From a virus: 44,625 nucleotides of DNA. A program made the position numbers and the translations under genes. Of this stretch, positions 28,531 to 39,334 are shown in pieces. How positions within the stretch are numbered: position 1 is the stretch's first letter; every line of letters starts with the position of its first letter. The notes under the pieces were generated by a model. It saw nothing but the letters and a program-made list of their open reading frames with translations. It was not told where the DNA came from and did not search any database. Location: the UHGV virus genome UHGV-0129366, one strand, 5' to 3'.

Positions 28531-29427
28531 ATGGACCAGATGGCAGAAAACACACCAGAAGTTGAAATCGAAACCGACGCGTCAGAGCAGATTCCTGATG
28601 ATGTCGAACTGGCTGAAGAAGTCGAAACAGCAGATGGCAGTGAGTCCTCAGGAAATGATGCAGAGGAAGCTACTGACACTGATGACGACGAATCAGAACA
28701 GGAATTCTACTTTGGTGACGAAAAGCTGGATTCGCCAACCAGCGAAGATGGCGCAGAGCATGGACTGGTAAAACACCTGCGCAAGACGATTAAAGAGAAA
28801 GACCGTGAGCTGAAAGAGCTGATGCGTCAGTCTCAGAAACCCGTCGAGCAGCAGCCGGTAATCACTCAACCACCGCGAATGCCAAAACTGGATGATGAGG
28901 ACATCGGTTTCGATGAAGAAATCTATCAGCAACGCATGGCTAAGTGGGCAGAGGATAACGGCAAATACCAGGAGCAAGTACGAGAGCGGAAACGAGAGGA
29001 AGAGGCGCGTACCGCAACGCTTCAGCAGAAAGCAGCCAATTACATGCATAGAGTAAAAGCACTGAAAGTGGCTGGTTACCAGGATGCAGAGCAGGCTGTA
29101 CGCGAAGATGTTCCTGTTCACATTCAGGACATGATCCTTCTTGAGTCAGAGAAGCCGGAAATCGTTGTTCTGGCACTCGGTCGCAACGCTGAACTGCGCA
29201 AGCAACTGGCAGAAGCTACCAACCCCGTAGCAATTGGTCGTCTGCTGGAACGTATCGAATCGAAGGCCAGAATCATGCCAAAAGCAAAAACCACGGCAGC
29301 CACAACCCCGACAGTTAAGGGGAGCAACGGCGCAGTAATCAATAACCTCGACAAACTTCTCGAAAAAGCGCGCGACACCGGTGATTACACCGAATACCGG
29401 GCGGCGAAGAACAAAGCTAAAAAATAA
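28531..29427 (+). CDS. Scaffolding protein (P22 gp8-like)
   Basis: 298 aa, highly acidic N-terminus, helical/charged, between portal and coat. Confidence 0.8.
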   Translation: MDQMAENTPEVEIETDASEQIPDDVELAEEVETADGSESSGNDAEEATDTDDDESEQEFYFGDEKLDSPTSEDGAEHGLVKHLRKTIKEKDRELKELMRQSQKPVEQQPVITQPPRMPKLDDEDIGFDEEIYQQRMAKWAEDNGKYQEQVRERKREEEARTATLQQKAANYMHRVKALKVAGYQDAEQAVREDVPVHIQDMILLESEKPEIVVLALGRNAELRKQLAEATNPVAIGRLLERIESKARIMPKAKTTAATTPTVKGSNGAVINNLDKLLEKARDTGDYTEYRAAKNKAKK

Positions 29428-29447
29428 TCCATCGGAGCTAAATACCT

Positions 29448-30707
29448 ATGTCTAACCAGTTAACAAAAGACCTCGAAATCCTCTTTGAGAGCGTCATTGA
29501 TAGTTTTGAGGCGTCCAATGTCGTTTCCCGCGAGTGCAGCAAGTTCCGACCGGGCGACATTGAAATGCAGCGCGCTGGCGACGTTGTTTATCGCCCTCAG
29601 GGCTACCACCTGAAAACCGTGAGCGGACTTGATCTGACTTCGGCCACTGCAAACTCACTCGTTCAGCGTCAGGTGCCTGCTCGCTTCCGCGAGCCAGAGA
29701 ACGTCATCTACGAACTGGACGCAAAAGAAATGCGCGATCCGTGGCACAAAGAGCAGGCTGGCAAGGCGGCGGGTCGCCAGTTGGCGGCGTGGGTTGATAA
29801 CATGATCGTCGATGAGGTGGTCGCTCGCTCCACCAACGTGGTCACCATTAAATCGGCGTCCACCGGTAGCACTCTCGGCGAAGAACTCTGGAACGCATCG
29901 GCTGACGTTGATGCAATGATGCTGTCCATTGGTGTGCCTCAGGGTGGTCAGCGCAAGGCGTTCTACAACCCGTTCAACTACAAAGACCTGGCTAAGGAGC
30001 TTGGCTCTCGCGCATATGCGGTCGGTGCAACTCTGACAGCCTATGAGAAAGCTCAGATTCCACCTGTGGCATCCTTCGACAGTTTCCGCGTTGATTATGC
30101 TGGCGCAATGAAGGCTGGTTCAGCTACCGCTGTAACTCTCGGCGGCGCAGTAAAACACAAAGTTACCGCGATGGATTCCAACGGCGCGCCTACCGATAAC
30201 CGCCAGGGTGACATCACCGTATCCACTGCTGGCGTACTGGCTGTCGGCGATGCATTCACTATCGCAGGCGTTAACAGTGTCCACATGATCAAGAAGGTGG
30301 ATACAGGTAAGCCGCAGGTATTCCGCGTCCTGGCAGTAAATGGCACTACCGTTACCATCAGCCCGAAAATTCTGCCACCAGACAACGCGGATAAGGCGTC
30401 TATTCCTTACCAGAACGTTACCGCCAATCCGGTGGCAAACGCGGCGATCACCATCCTCAACAAGAAGGCTGCGGCTTCCAACATCTTCTTCGCTGAGGGT
30501 TCTGTTGAGCTGATGTATGGCAAGTTGGCATTCCCTACCGGCCAGGGTCCGCAGGTTATGACCGCAAGGACCGAGCAGGGTGCGACCATCATCATGGCTT
30601 ACCAGTTCGACGCTAAATCTGGCAAAACGTGGACTCGCTTCACCACGCTGGCTGGCGCAAGCGTACTGGTCCCGGAATTCACCGGCCTGGTACTGGCTAA
30701 CCAGTAA
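29448..30707 (+). CDS. Major coat protein (P22 gp5-like)
   Basis: 419 aa after the scaffold gene; followed by a strong terminator. Confidence 0.85.
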   Translation: MSNQLTKDLEILFESVIDSFEASNVVSRECSKFRPGDIEMQRAGDVVYRPQGYHLKTVSGLDLTSATANSLVQRQVPARFREPENVIYELDAKEMRDPWHKEQAGKAAGRQLAAWVDNMIVDEVVARSTNVVTIKSASTGSTLGEELWNASADVDAMMLSIGVPQGGQRKAFYNPFNYKDLAKELGSRAYAVGATLTAYEKAQIPPVASFDSFRVDYAGAMKAGSATAVTLGGAVKHKVTAMDSNGAPTDNRQGDITVSTAGVLAVGDAFTIAGVNSVHMIKKVDTGKPQVFRVLAVNGTTVTISPKILPPDNADKASIPYQNVTANPVANAAITILNKKAAASNIFFAEGSVELMYGKLAFPTGQGPQVMTARTEQGATIIMAYQFDAKSGKTWTRFTTLAGASVLVPEFTGLVLANQ

Positions 30708-30712
30708 TCCAA

Positions 30713-30737
30713 GGGGCTTCGGCCCCTCTTTTTTTTT
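30713..30737 (+). terminator. Rho-independent terminator after the coat gene
   Basis: ggggc-ttcg-gcccc followed by an 11-nt T-run. Confidence 0.7.
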
Positions 30738-30747
30738 GGAGATCGAA

Positions 30748-30936
30748 ATGTCTCAAATCATGCTTTATAAGCCGGGATCGATGATCACCTGCGGCCCCCA
30801 CTCGCTGGATTACATCATCGTTGATGACGAAGAAGTTAAATCTCACCTGAAAAAAGGCTGGGTAAAAACTCCTGAAGAAACCGCAACGAAGCAAAAAGTG
30901 GCTAAGGCGGAAGAAGATGGCGAAAACGAAGGGTGA
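30748..30936 (+). CDS. Small hypothetical protein (62 aa) between coat and gp4-like genes
   Basis: ATG with GGAG SD right after the terminator; 3' end overlaps the gp4-like start in another frame. Confidence 0.4.
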   Translation: MSQIMLYKPGSMITCGPHSLDYIIVDDEEVKSHLKKGWVKTPEETATKQKVAKAEEDGENEG

Positions 30937-31378
30937 TCTCGTTCTAAAGGCTTTACGAAAAGCCGGGCTGTATTCCAATGCCACGTTGACAGATGCTGAC
31001 CCTCAGGCAATTGAAGATGCCATTAATGACCTCGAAGACATGATGGCAGCATGGCAGGCTAAAGGTATCGAGCTTGGATATCAGTTTGCTGATACAGAAA
31101 ACGGCATCATGCCGTTACCTGACGATGATTCAGGTATCCCTGCATGGGCAAATGATGGCGTCGCTTTGAAACTCGCTGTGCAAGTGTGCATGGATAACGT
31201 CATTCAGCCGTCAGACGCTCTCCTTACCGCTGCTGACAGTGCATATCAAACAATCTGTATCGCTTTAACCAAAATACCACCACTTGAGCGACGAAATGAC
31301 ATGCCTCGCGGGGCGGGGTTAAAAAGCGCGTTTACGTGGAATCGGTTTTACATCGAGAAAGATGATCCGAGTACGTGA
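30917..31378 (+). CDS. Head completion/tail adaptor protein (P22 gp4-like)
   Basis: 153 aa; KTKGDLVLKALRKAGLYSNATLTDADPQAIEDAINDLEDMMAAW parallels P22 gp4. Confidence 0.8.
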   Translation: MAKTKGDLVLKALRKAGLYSNATLTDADPQAIEDAINDLEDMMAAWQAKGIELGYQFADTENGIMPLPDDDSGIPAWANDGVALKLAVQVCMDNVIQPSDALLTAADSAYQTICIALTKIPPLERRNDMPRGAGLKSAFTWNRFYIEKDDPST

Positions 31379-31387
31379 GGTGAATAA

Positions 31388-32806
31388 ATGCCGATTCAGC
31401 AACTTCCGCTTATGAAAGGTGTCGGCAAAGACTTTCGAAACGCCGACTATATCGACTATCTGCCAGTGAATATGCTGGCTACGCCCAAAGAAATACTCAA
31501 CAGCAGCGGATATCTTCGCTCATTCCCGGGCATTGCCAAACGTTCTGATGTGAACGGCGTATCGCGGGGCGTCGAGTACAACATGGCGCAGAATGCTGTT
31601 TATCGCGTATGTGGTGGTAAGCTGTACAAAGGAGAAAGTGAAGTCGGTGACGTCGCCGGAAGTGGTCGCGTATCAATGGCGCATGGTCGAACATCACAGG
31701 CGGTAGGCGTTAATGGTCAACTGGTCGAATACCGCTATGATGGCACGGTTAAAACCGTCTCAAACTGGCCTACAGACAGCGGATTCACGCAGTATGAGTT
31801 AGGCTCAGTCCGCGACATTACGCGCTTGCGTGGGCGTTATGCGTGGTCAAAAGACGGCACTGATTCATGGTTTATCACTGACCCTGAAGACGAATCGCAT
31901 CCTGACCGTTACAGCGCACAATATCGCGCAGAATCTCAGCCGGACGGCATCATCGGCATCGGAACATGGCGAGACTTCATCGTCTGCTTTGGCTCATCGA
32001 CGATTGAATATTTCTCCCTGACGGGCGCAACCACTGTTGGTGCCGCTTTGTATGTCGCCCAGCCATCGTTGATGGTGCAAAAAGGAATCGCCGGAACCTA
32101 CTGCAAAACGCCGTTTGCTGATTCGTATGCGTTCATCAGCAATCCGGCAACAGGTGCGCCGTCTGTGTACATCATCGGCTCCGGTCAGGTGTCACCAATC
32201 GCCAGCGCGAGCATTGAGAAAATCCTCCGCTCCTACACTGCTGATGAACTGGCTGATGGCGTGATGGAGTCTCTGCGCTTTGATGCTCATGAGTTGCTGA
32301 TTATCCACCTTCCGCGCCATGTTCTCGTGTACGACGCATCTTCAAGCGCCAATGGTCCGCAATGGTGTGTGCTGAAAACAGGCTTGTATGACGATGTGTA
32401 CCGCGCTATCGACTTCATTTACGAAGGCAATCAGATAACGTGCGGAGATAAGCTGGAATCGGTTATCGGCAAATTGCAGTTCGATATCAGCAGCCAGTAT
32501 GGGCTACAGCAAGAACACCTGTTGTTTACACCACTCTTCAAAGCTGAGAACGCCAGATGTTTTGATCTGGAAGTTGAATCATCGACTGGTGTCGCTCAGT
32601 ACGCTGACCGCCTGTTCCTCTCTGCAACCACTGACGGCATCAATTACGGACGTGAGCAGATGATTGAGCAGAATGAACCGTTCGTTTACGACAAACGCGT
32701 TTTGTGGAAGCGAGTAGGGCGCATCAGGAAAAATGTCGGCTTCAAATTGCGCGTTATCACGAAGTCACCTGTCACTCTGTCTGGCGCTCAGATAAGGATC
32801 GAGTAA
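31388..32806 (+). CDS. Tail hub protein (P22 gp10-like)
   Basis: 472 aa, the P22 gp10 length, in the conserved position. Confidence 0.8.
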   Translation: MPIQQLPLMKGVGKDFRNADYIDYLPVNMLATPKEILNSSGYLRSFPGIAKRSDVNGVSRGVEYNMAQNAVYRVCGGKLYKGESEVGDVAGSGRVSMAHGRTSQAVGVNGQLVEYRYDGTVKTVSNWPTDSGFTQYELGSVRDITRLRGRYAWSKDGTDSWFITDPEDESHPDRYSAQYRAESQPDGIIGIGTWRDFIVCFGSSTIEYFSLTGATTVGAALYVAQPSLMVQKGIAGTYCKTPFADSYAFISNPATGAPSVYIIGSGQVSPIASASIEKILRSYTADELADGVMESLRFDAHELLIIHLPRHVLVYDASSSANGPQWCVLKTGLYDDVYRAIDFIYEGNQITCGDKLESVIGKLQFDISSQYGLQQEHLLFTPLFKAENARCFDLEVESSTGVAQYADRLFLSATTDGINYGREQMIEQNEPFVYDKRVLWKRVGRIRKNVGFKLRVITKSPVTLSGAQIRIE

Positions 32807-33507
32807 TGGCTGATTCGAATCTCAACACCCCTGTTATTGTGCAGGCGACGCGGCTCGATACATCAATCCTTCCACGCAATATATTCAGCCAGTCTTACCT
32901 GCTGTATGTCATTAATCAGGGGGCTGATGTCGGCGCAATTGCCGGGAAGGCAAATCAGGCTGGTCAGGGCGCTTACGATGCTCAGGTGAAAAACGATGAA
33001 CAGGACGTCGAACTGGCAGATCACGATTCAAGAATCACCGCAAACACAAAAGCGATAAATCTCCTTGAGGTCAGGTTAACAACCGCCGAAGGGAAGATAG
33101 TCGTACTGCGTAGCGATGTTGATTACTTGCTGGATGAGGTTATCGATATTCAGGCGCATCTGGTCACTGTTGACAAAAGACTGGATGACGTAGAAAACGA
33201 TGTCTCTGGCATTAAGAGTGATTACGTATCGAAAACCGTAACAGAATCGCAGTCTCTTGCGTCACCGCTGGATGTAAAAACATCATATTCAGTTGATGGA
33301 ATTCAGGTTGTTGGAGCAAGAAATACCGGATGGACTGCAGCCACAGGTACGCCACTTCTTGGCTCATTCAACGCTAACCAGTCATACACTGTCGGCACTA
33401 CGTACACACAATCCGAAGTCGCAGCTCTCGCTACAGGTTTGCAGCAGGCGCGGCAGCGTATTCTGGCGCTTGAAACAGCACTTAGATTACATGGGCTGAT
33501 TGACTGA
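32806..33507 (+). CDS. Tail needle protein (P22 gp26-like)
   Basis: [25 protein letters not shown]...[21 protein letters not shown]... and C-terminus [15 protein letters not shown] match P22 gp26; start at 32806 (TAATG overlap). Confidence 0.88.
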   Translation: MADSNLNTPVIVQATRLDTSILPRNIFSQSYLLYVINQGADVGAIAGKANQAGQGAYDAQVKNDEQDVELADHDSRITANTKAINLLEVRLTTAEGKIVVLRSDVDYLLDEVIDIQAHLVTVDKRLDDVENDVSGIKSDYVSKTVTESQSLASPLDVKTSYSVDGIQVVGARNTGWTAATGTPLLGSFNANQSYTVGTTYTQSEVAALATGLQQARQRILALETALRLHGLID

Positions 33508-33962
33508 TGATTACATTCAAACCAACGCGAAACATCGACCTGATAGAAGCAGTAGGAAATCACCCTGACATTATTGCTGGAAGCAACAACGGTGATGGAT
33601 ACGACTACAAGCCTGAATGCCGTTACTTTGAGGTTAACGTGCACGGTCAGTTTGGCGGCATTGTTTACTACCAGGAGATTCAGCCGCTTACATTCGATTG
33701 CCACGCCATGTACCTGCCAGAGGTTCGCGGATTCAGCAAGGAAATCGGGCTGGCGTTCTGGCGATACATTCTGACTAACACCACCGTTCAGTGCGTCACA
33801 TCGTTCGCTGCACGCAAATTCCGCCACGGGCAGATGTACTGCGCAATTATTGGCCTTAAGCGTGTAGGAACCATCAAGAAATACTTCAAAGGCGTGGATG
33901 ACGTGACTTTTTACAGCGCCACACGCGAAGAACTAATCGACTTCCTGAATCACGGGAGATAG
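33507..33962 (+). CDS. gp14-position head assembly/ejection-associated protein
   Basis: 151 aa; call is positional (between needle and gp7-like genes). Confidence 0.5.
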   Translation: MITFKPTRNIDLIEAVGNHPDIIAGSNNGDGYDYKPECRYFEVNVHGQFGGIVYYQEIQPLTFDCHAMYLPEVRGFSKEIGLAFWRYILTNTTVQCVTSFAARKFRHGQMYCAIIGLKRVGTIKKYFKGVDDVTFYSATREELIDFLNHGR

Positions 33963-33964
33963 CC

Positions 33965-34657
33965 ATGTTATATGCATTTAAGCTGGGCAGAAAACTGCGC
34001 GGCGAGGAACCTTATTGCCCTGAAAAAGGCGGGAAAGGTGGCAGTTCTGATAAAAGTGCAAAGTATGCCGCAGAAGCTCAGAAGTATGCCGCAGACCTGC
34101 AAAATAAGCAGTTCAACACCATCATGAACAACCTGAAGCCGTTTACTCCTCTGGCTGGGAAGTATGTCGGCAGCCTTGAGAACTTATCGTCTCTGGAAGG
34201 GCAAGGTCAGGCACTTAACCAGTATTACAACTCTCAGCAGTACAAAGATCTTGCTGGTCAGGCTCGCTATCAGAGTCTGGCTGCAGCGGAAGCAACAGGT
34301 GGATTGGGTTCCACCGCAACCAGTAATCAGTTAGCAACAATCGCACCAACGCTTGGTCAGCAATGGCTATCTGGACAAATGAACAATTACAACAACCTGG
34401 CAAATATCGGTCTTGGCGCTCTTCAGGGACAGGCAAACGCCGGGCAAACATATGCCAACAACATGAGTCAGATTTCACAGCAAAGCGCGGCGCTGGCGGC
34501 GGCAAACGCCAACCGACCGTCAGCATTGCGGCAGGGTGTTAGTGGTGCTGCATCCGGTGCGCTTTTGGGTGGTGGTATAGCCAGTGCTCTCGAGCTATCA
34601 ACTCCGTGGGGTGCTGGTATCGGTGCTGGTCTTGGTCTGCTTGGTTCGCTGTTTTAA
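33965..34657 (+). CDS. Ejection protein (P22 gp7-like)
   Basis: 230 aa, Gly/Ala/Gln-rich with hydrophobic C-terminus; position and size as P22 gp7. Confidence 0.7.
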   Translation: MLYAFKLGRKLRGEEPYCPEKGGKGGSSDKSAKYAAEAQKYAADLQNKQFNTIMNNLKPFTPLAGKYVGSLENLSSLEGQGQALNQYYNSQQYKDLAGQARYQSLAAAEATGGLGSTATSNQLATIAPTLGQQWLSGQMNNYNNLANIGLGALQGQANAGQTYANNMSQISQQSAALAAANANRPSALRQGVSGAASGALLGGGIASALELSTPWGAGIGAGLGLLGSLF

Positions 34658-34667
34658 GGGGTAATCA

Positions 34668-36083
34668 ATGGCTGCTTGGCAACAGGGTATTAATTCTGGT
34701 GGTTTTCTGGCTGGCATCGGTACGCAAAATGAGAATGCGCCAAAGGCAAGCGACATTAACGCAACGCTTGGTCTGATCCGCGAAAACAATGAACTGGCTC
34801 GCTCAGGTACAAATAACGTTGGTCTGACCGCGTTACGTGGTCTGGCTGGAGTTGCTGATATTTACAATCAGGAACAGCAACAGAAAGCGATTAGTGCGTT
34901 CAATAAGGTTCATGCTGATGCATGGGCTTCTGGTGATCCATCGGGACTATTTAAGTTTGCCCAGGAAAATCCAGCGTTTGTTGCACAGGCACAACAGGCG
35001 TTTTCAGGTCTTAATGATCAGCAACGCAACGATATGGGCGATTTAGCCATGAGAGCTAACGTCGCTCTTTCTCAGGGACCGGAAGCCTACAGTAAATTCA
35101 TTACTGACAACAAGGACAGGTTAAATCGCGTGGGGGCGAATGCTGACTGGATGATTCAGACAGGTATCCAGAATCCAGAGCAGCTATCACACATGCTGAC
35201 TACTATGTCTCTCGGTGCGCTTGGACCAGAAAAGGCGTTTGCTGTTCAGGACAAGATGGCTGGTCGTGAAATTGACCGAGGCAGACTGGCAGAGACAATC
35301 CGCAGCAATCAGGCTGGAGAAGCACTTCAGGCGAGAGGGCAAAACCTTTCCTATCAGTCAGCAATGACTGGGCACAATATCGCAGCACAACGCTTGGCTC
35401 TGGATCAGCAAGAGTTTGGGTTTAAGATGCAGCAAGCGCAGGAAAAGGCTCAGCAGTTGATTAGCGAAGCACCTAAGCTGTCAGTAAACATGGAAAAAGG
35501 CATCGAGACGGCTGTAAACAATGCCACAGCATCATCAAACTCAGCCAATTCCATGAGTGCGCTTGCTCAACAGTTCAGAGCAGAAAAACCAACGACAGGT
35601 TTGTTCGGTAACGCACAGAACATGTTCGCAAAACTTACCGGAAGCGATACGACATTGCGTGATTTGCGCATTCGCCAAAATGCCCTTGTTAACAGTCAGG
35701 TTCTTAAATTCCTACCTCCCGGCCCAGCAACGGATAAAGACGTTGAGATCGTTCGACAGGGTGCGCCAACTGACATGGATAACCCTGAGACGGTCGCAAG
35801 ATGGCTTGATGCAATGGCAAACCTTGAGCGACGAAACGCGCAGTTTAATGAGTTTAAAGCCGAGTGGATGAGCGCGAATGGCAACCCTGGACAATCGCGT
35901 AATGGCGGTCAGATATTGGGGTTGGATGTTAAAAAAGGTGAATCATTGGGGAGTGCCGTTAAGCGGTATATGTCATTGAATACTGACGCAGCGCCAGCAC
36001 AAGATTCGACACCTTCAGGAGAACCACGGAATCAGGTTGGATCATATACCTCAAAATCAGGCATTCAATTTACGGTGGAATGA
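34668..36083 (+). CDS. Ejection protein (P22 gp20-like)
   Basis: 471 aa; position and size as P22 gp20. Confidence 0.75.
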   Translation: MAAWQQGINSGGFLAGIGTQNENAPKASDINATLGLIRENNELARSGTNNVGLTALRGLAGVADIYNQEQQQKAISAFNKVHADAWASGDPSGLFKFAQENPAFVAQAQQAFSGLNDQQRNDMGDLAMRANVALSQGPEAYSKFITDNKDRLNRVGANADWMIQTGIQNPEQLSHMLTTMSLGALGPEKAFAVQDKMAGREIDRGRLAETIRSNQAGEALQARGQNLSYQSAMTGHNIAAQRLALDQQEFGFKMQQAQEKAQQLISEAPKLSVNMEKGIETAVNNATASSNSANSMSALAQQFRAEKPTTGLFGNAQNMFAKLTGSDTTLRDLRIRQNALVNSQVLKFLPPGPATDKDVEIVRQGAPTDMDNPETVARWLDAMANLERRNAQFNEFKAEWMSANGNPGQSRNGGQILGLDVKKGESLGSAVKRYMSLNTDAAPAQDSTPSGEPRNQVGSYTSKSGIQFTVE

Positions 36084-37921
36084 TGAAAGTTACTGCAAAC
36101 GGTAAGACATTTACCTTTCCTGATGGTACGAGCACGGAAGATATTGGCACCGCCATTGATGAGTATTTTGCTGGTCAGGCTGTTCAGCAACAAACAGTTA
36201 ATCAGGCCAATAATGCACCAACACGGGAAGAACCATCATTGATGCAACAAGCTGGCGATTGGCTCACTGGTGGTCAAAGTGCAGGGCAAATTGCGGAACA
36301 GGCTGGTCGTGGTCTGGTAAACATACCATTTGACGTATTGCAGGGCGGCGCAAGTCTGATTAATGCAATCAGCCAGGGGCTTGGTGGCCCCAAGGTTTTG
36401 GACGATGTCTATCGTCCAGTCGATCGACCAACAGACCCTTATGCGCAAGCTGGAGAAACAATTGGCGGGTATTTAGTTCCAGGAGTTGGAACGGCAGGAA
36501 GCATGGCTATTGGATCACTGGCAGAGGCCGCAAATCAGAAAGGCGATTTCGCACAAAATGCAGCTAAAAATGCCGGAGTTAACCTTGCCGCTCAGGGGGT
36601 TCTTTCCGCAGCAGCAAAGGGAATAGGGCGTGGAATAACGGCTATAAAAGGTGATATTGCGCCAGAAGTGGCGAAGAAAATTGCCACATCAGAATCGATG
36701 GGCGTGACACCAATGACATCTGATGTTATCCCGCCGAAAAATGCTTTCACTCGCGGCCTAACTCAGGATGCCGAGGGGGCTTTGCTCGGGACAGGCTCAA
36801 AGCGAGCGGAGCAATATGCAACGCGTAGTAAGCTGGTAAGTAATTATTTTGACCGTTTTGGTGAGTACAACCCTGATGATGTGGTGAAATCTCTTACCAC
36901 CACGTTAAGGGGGCGGAAGGATGCCGCTGGCGCTGTTATCAATGACGTCACCAATAAAATGGGTAATGCCGCAGTTGATACCACAAATACCATGAATGCT
37001 CTGAATACAGCGATCGCAAGACAGGAACGACTTGGGACGTCTGCCAATCAAAGCCTGCTTACATCCTTGCGTAACCTACGTGAAGAATTAGCAAACCCTG
37101 CAACTGATTTGGATGTTACGTTTGATCTCTTGCGTCAGCACAGAACAGCATTTAGATCTAATGTTCAGGGAGATGCTATGGTCTTCCCCAACCAGGCAAA
37201 AGCAGCTACCAATATGGTAGAGAATGCAATGTCAAAAGACCTTCGTAACGCAGTTGCTAAAAACCTCGGTGCATCAGACGCAGCAAAATACCTTAAAGCA
37301 AATTCCGATTATGCAAACGTTTATAATAAGGTGCTTAATAAAAACATTGCTAACAAACTCAACAAGGCAAGCAGTGAAGCCAGTCCTGAACTTATAAATA
37401 CCGTTGTATTAAGCAGAAAACCATCTGACGTGAAACGAATCTGGAGCGCATTGGATAATAAAGGGAAAGATGCTATGCGTGCAGCTTATGTCAGCAAAAT
37501 AGCGGAAAAGGCCGGTGACTCTCCAGCCAAGTTCATCACTGAAGTTAATAAGCTGAAATCTCAGTCAGGCGGTGAAATTTACAACACTATTTTTTCTGGA
37601 AAGCACATGAAAGAGCTTGATTCTCTTCATGAAGTTCTACAGCAAACAGCAAGGTCAGACACCGCAAATGTAGTAACTCAGACGGGGCAATCGCAAGCCA
37701 ACAGGATAAGGACGATTGGCGCAACTGCGACTCTTGGCGTATCAATGGGGCTTGAGGCTGGTTTCGGTGCAATGATGCGCTTGTATGAGTCCAAAGCAGC
37801 AAGGAATGCTCTCTTACGTTTGGCAAACACCAAAGCAGGAACACCAGCCTATGAAAGAGCGTTGAGTAACGCTGCAAATGCCATCAGACCGCTGCTTGCC
37901 ACTGAGGCAACACAGCAGTAA
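36080..37921 (+). CDS. Ejection protein (P22 gp16-like)
   Basis: 613 aa; position and size as P22 gp16; overlaps the preceding gene. Confidence 0.75.
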   Translation: MMKVTANGKTFTFPDGTSTEDIGTAIDEYFAGQAVQQQTVNQANNAPTREEPSLMQQAGDWLTGGQSAGQIAEQAGRGLVNIPFDVLQGGASLINAISQGLGGPKVLDDVYRPVDRPTDPYAQAGETIGGYLVPGVGTAGSMAIGSLAEAANQKGDFAQNAAKNAGVNLAAQGVLSAAAKGIGRGITAIKGDIAPEVAKKIATSESMGVTPMTSDVIPPKNAFTRGLTQDAEGALLGTGSKRAEQYATRSKLVSNYFDRFGEYNPDDVVKSLTTTLRGRKDAAGAVINDVTNKMGNAAVDTTNTMNALNTAIARQERLGTSANQSLLTSLRNLREELANPATDLDVTFDLLRQHRTAFRSNVQGDAMVFPNQAKAATNMVENAMSKDLRNAVAKNLGASDAAKYLKANSDYANVYNKVLNKNIANKLNKASSEASPELINTVVLSRKPSDVKRIWSALDNKGKDAMRAAYVSKIAEKAGDSPAKFITEVNKLKSQSGGEIYNTIFSGKHMKELDSLHEVLQQTARSDTANVVTQTGQSQANRIRTIGATATLGVSMGLEAGFGAMMRLYESKAARNALLRLANTKAGTPAYERALSNAANAIRPLLATEATQQ

Positions 37922-37945
37922 CGTATGGGGAATTGGATTCAATCG

Positions 37946-38335
37946 TTAACATTTTCTTTTTACTTTTCCAACAAAAGCTTTGGTTGAATCCATATTCCCA
38001 TAACCAGAAATGGTTTTCGACATTAAAACTGTTCCATTAGGATGTATTACCCATGAGTCGATAACTCGTTGAGTTTCGCCATTCGCGCCGATTCCAATGA
38101 TGGAGTTTTTAGACAATGCTTTGTAAGCCATGCCGCCCGCATCTGTCCCAGAATATGTGATGCTGGCATCTTCACTGCTTGTCTTAATGATGAATGTTCC
38201 ACTAAAACCATCTTCTTCCGGATGGAAATTATTTCGTTCTGAATAGCTTATTCCGCGCATATCTCCAACGACCCAGCACTCTGCTGTAGCCCCAAAAGAT
38301 ATGAATAAGAACATAGCAGCAAGAAATTGCTTCAC
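37946..38335 (-). CDS. Secreted (signal-peptide) hypothetical protein
   Basis: GTG start 5 nt after AAGGAGG; predicted signal peptide MKQFLAAMFLFISFGATA then mature protein; in the sieA-equivalent variable slot. Confidence 0.5.
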   Translation of the reverse strand: MKQFLAAMFLFISFGATAECWVVGDMRGISYSERNNFHPEEDGFSGTFIIKTSSEDASITYSGTDAGGMAYKALSKNSIIGIGANGETQRVIDSWVIHPNGTVLMSKTISGYGNMDSTKAFVGKVKRKC

Positions 38336-38365
38336 ACCAACCTCCTTAGTTTTGAGCAGGATACC

Positions 38366-38731
38366 ATGAAAAAAGTTAACATTGGAAACGTACCAAAGAT
38401 GCTCGTTCCGCTCTTTGAGAGCGGTACAATTGTGTTTTGTAGAGACTTTCCAGAATGGCAACGCCTGCATCAAAAACTTGGCGTTGACGTGCATGACTCG
38501 GACGCCAACGGAGCGTCTCATACAATGAGCAGCGAGAATGGTGTTTTGCATGTGATAGGCGTGTTCAATGGCAAACTATCTACTATTGCCCATGAGTGCG
38601 CTCACATGGCATTCGATATCTGCTCAAGGGTCGGTGTTGATGTTGAACCAGGAAGAGCCAATGAGACTTACTGCTACTTAATGAGCAGGCTTGTTGAGTT
38701 CTGCGAGCGACATATCAAAAAGCCGGAGTGA
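38366..38731 (+). CDS. Small HExxH-motif protein (putative zinc metallopeptidase-like)
   Basis: 121 aa from ATG 38366; HECAH motif; divergent from the secreted-protein gene. Confidence 0.4.
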   Translation: MKKVNIGNVPKMLVPLFESGTIVFCRDFPEWQRLHQKLGVDVHDSDANGASHTMSSENGVLHVIGVFNGKLSTIAHECAHMAFDICSRVGVDVEPGRANETYCYLMSRLVEFCERHIKKPE

Positions 38732-38744
38732 CCCGGCTTGAGTA

Positions 38745-38924
38745 TTACTTTTTGCTGTCTGGAGTTCGCTTATCCAATACCCAGCCATGACCTGGCTTTG
38801 TTGTTGGTGGAAGCCTTTCGTTGTCCTTGACGGTTGCAAAATTGTCTTTCTTACCGCCGCGTGGGCCAACTTCTTGGTATATTCCGCCGTTTTTTCCTGT
38901 GTTTTCACCTGGTTTTTTCGCCAT
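38745..38924 (-). CDS. Small Gly/Lys-rich hypothetical protein (59 aa)
   Basis: MAKKPGENTGKNGGIYQEVGPRGG... with GAGG SD; start moved to internal ATG 38924. Confidence 0.4.
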   Translation of the reverse strand: MAKKPGENTGKNGGIYQEVGPRGGKKDNFATVKDNERLPPTTKPGHGWVLDKRTPDSKK

Positions 38925-39016
38925 GATATACCTCAACATATACCCGTTATTGGGCGATTAAATATTGATCTCATTTTATAAGTAGTCAATATGGCCCAGG
39001 TAAATGCAAAAATTAA

Positions 39017-39039
39017 CCCACCGTCAGGTGGGTTTTTTT
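39017..39039 (+). terminator. Rho-independent terminator (possibly bidirectional)
   Basis: cccacc-gtca-ggtggg followed by TTTTTTT. Confidence 0.55.
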
Positions 39040-39071
39040 ATCTTCTCTACTTTAAAGATTAAGGAAATACC

Positions 39072-39257
39072 ATGACCATAGAAGAACGTCTGAACAACAT
39101 TGAGTTGAATCAAACCCTGCTTGACCAGCGACTTTCAGATCTTGAGCTTAAAGATCTAGATGTGCAAATATCAGAAGCAGAAGCCAAGCTCTCCAGCTTA
39201 AACCACCGCAGGAAGCAAATCCGCGACAGAATTACTCGTGGACGCGGAGGCTGTTAA
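39072..39257 (+). CDS. Small coiled-coil hypothetical protein (61 aa)
   Basis: AAGGAA SD; heptad-like sequence; begins just after the terminator. Confidence 0.4.
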   Translation: MTIEERLNNIELNQTLLDQRLSDLELKDLDVQISEAEAKLSSLNHRRKQIRDRITRGRGGC

Positions 39258-39334
39258 GGTGTGATGGTAATCCTTGCTCACTAAATTTAAGGATGCGAAT
39301 CTTTCCGGCCATAGGAGTAATCATGATTTACCCA

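Noticed and set aside
28693-29121. 142-aa minus-strand ORF
   Set aside because: Antisense within the scaffolding gene.
33303-33827. 174-aa minus-strand ORF
   Set aside because: Antisense across the tail needle and gp14-position genes in a densely packed late operon.
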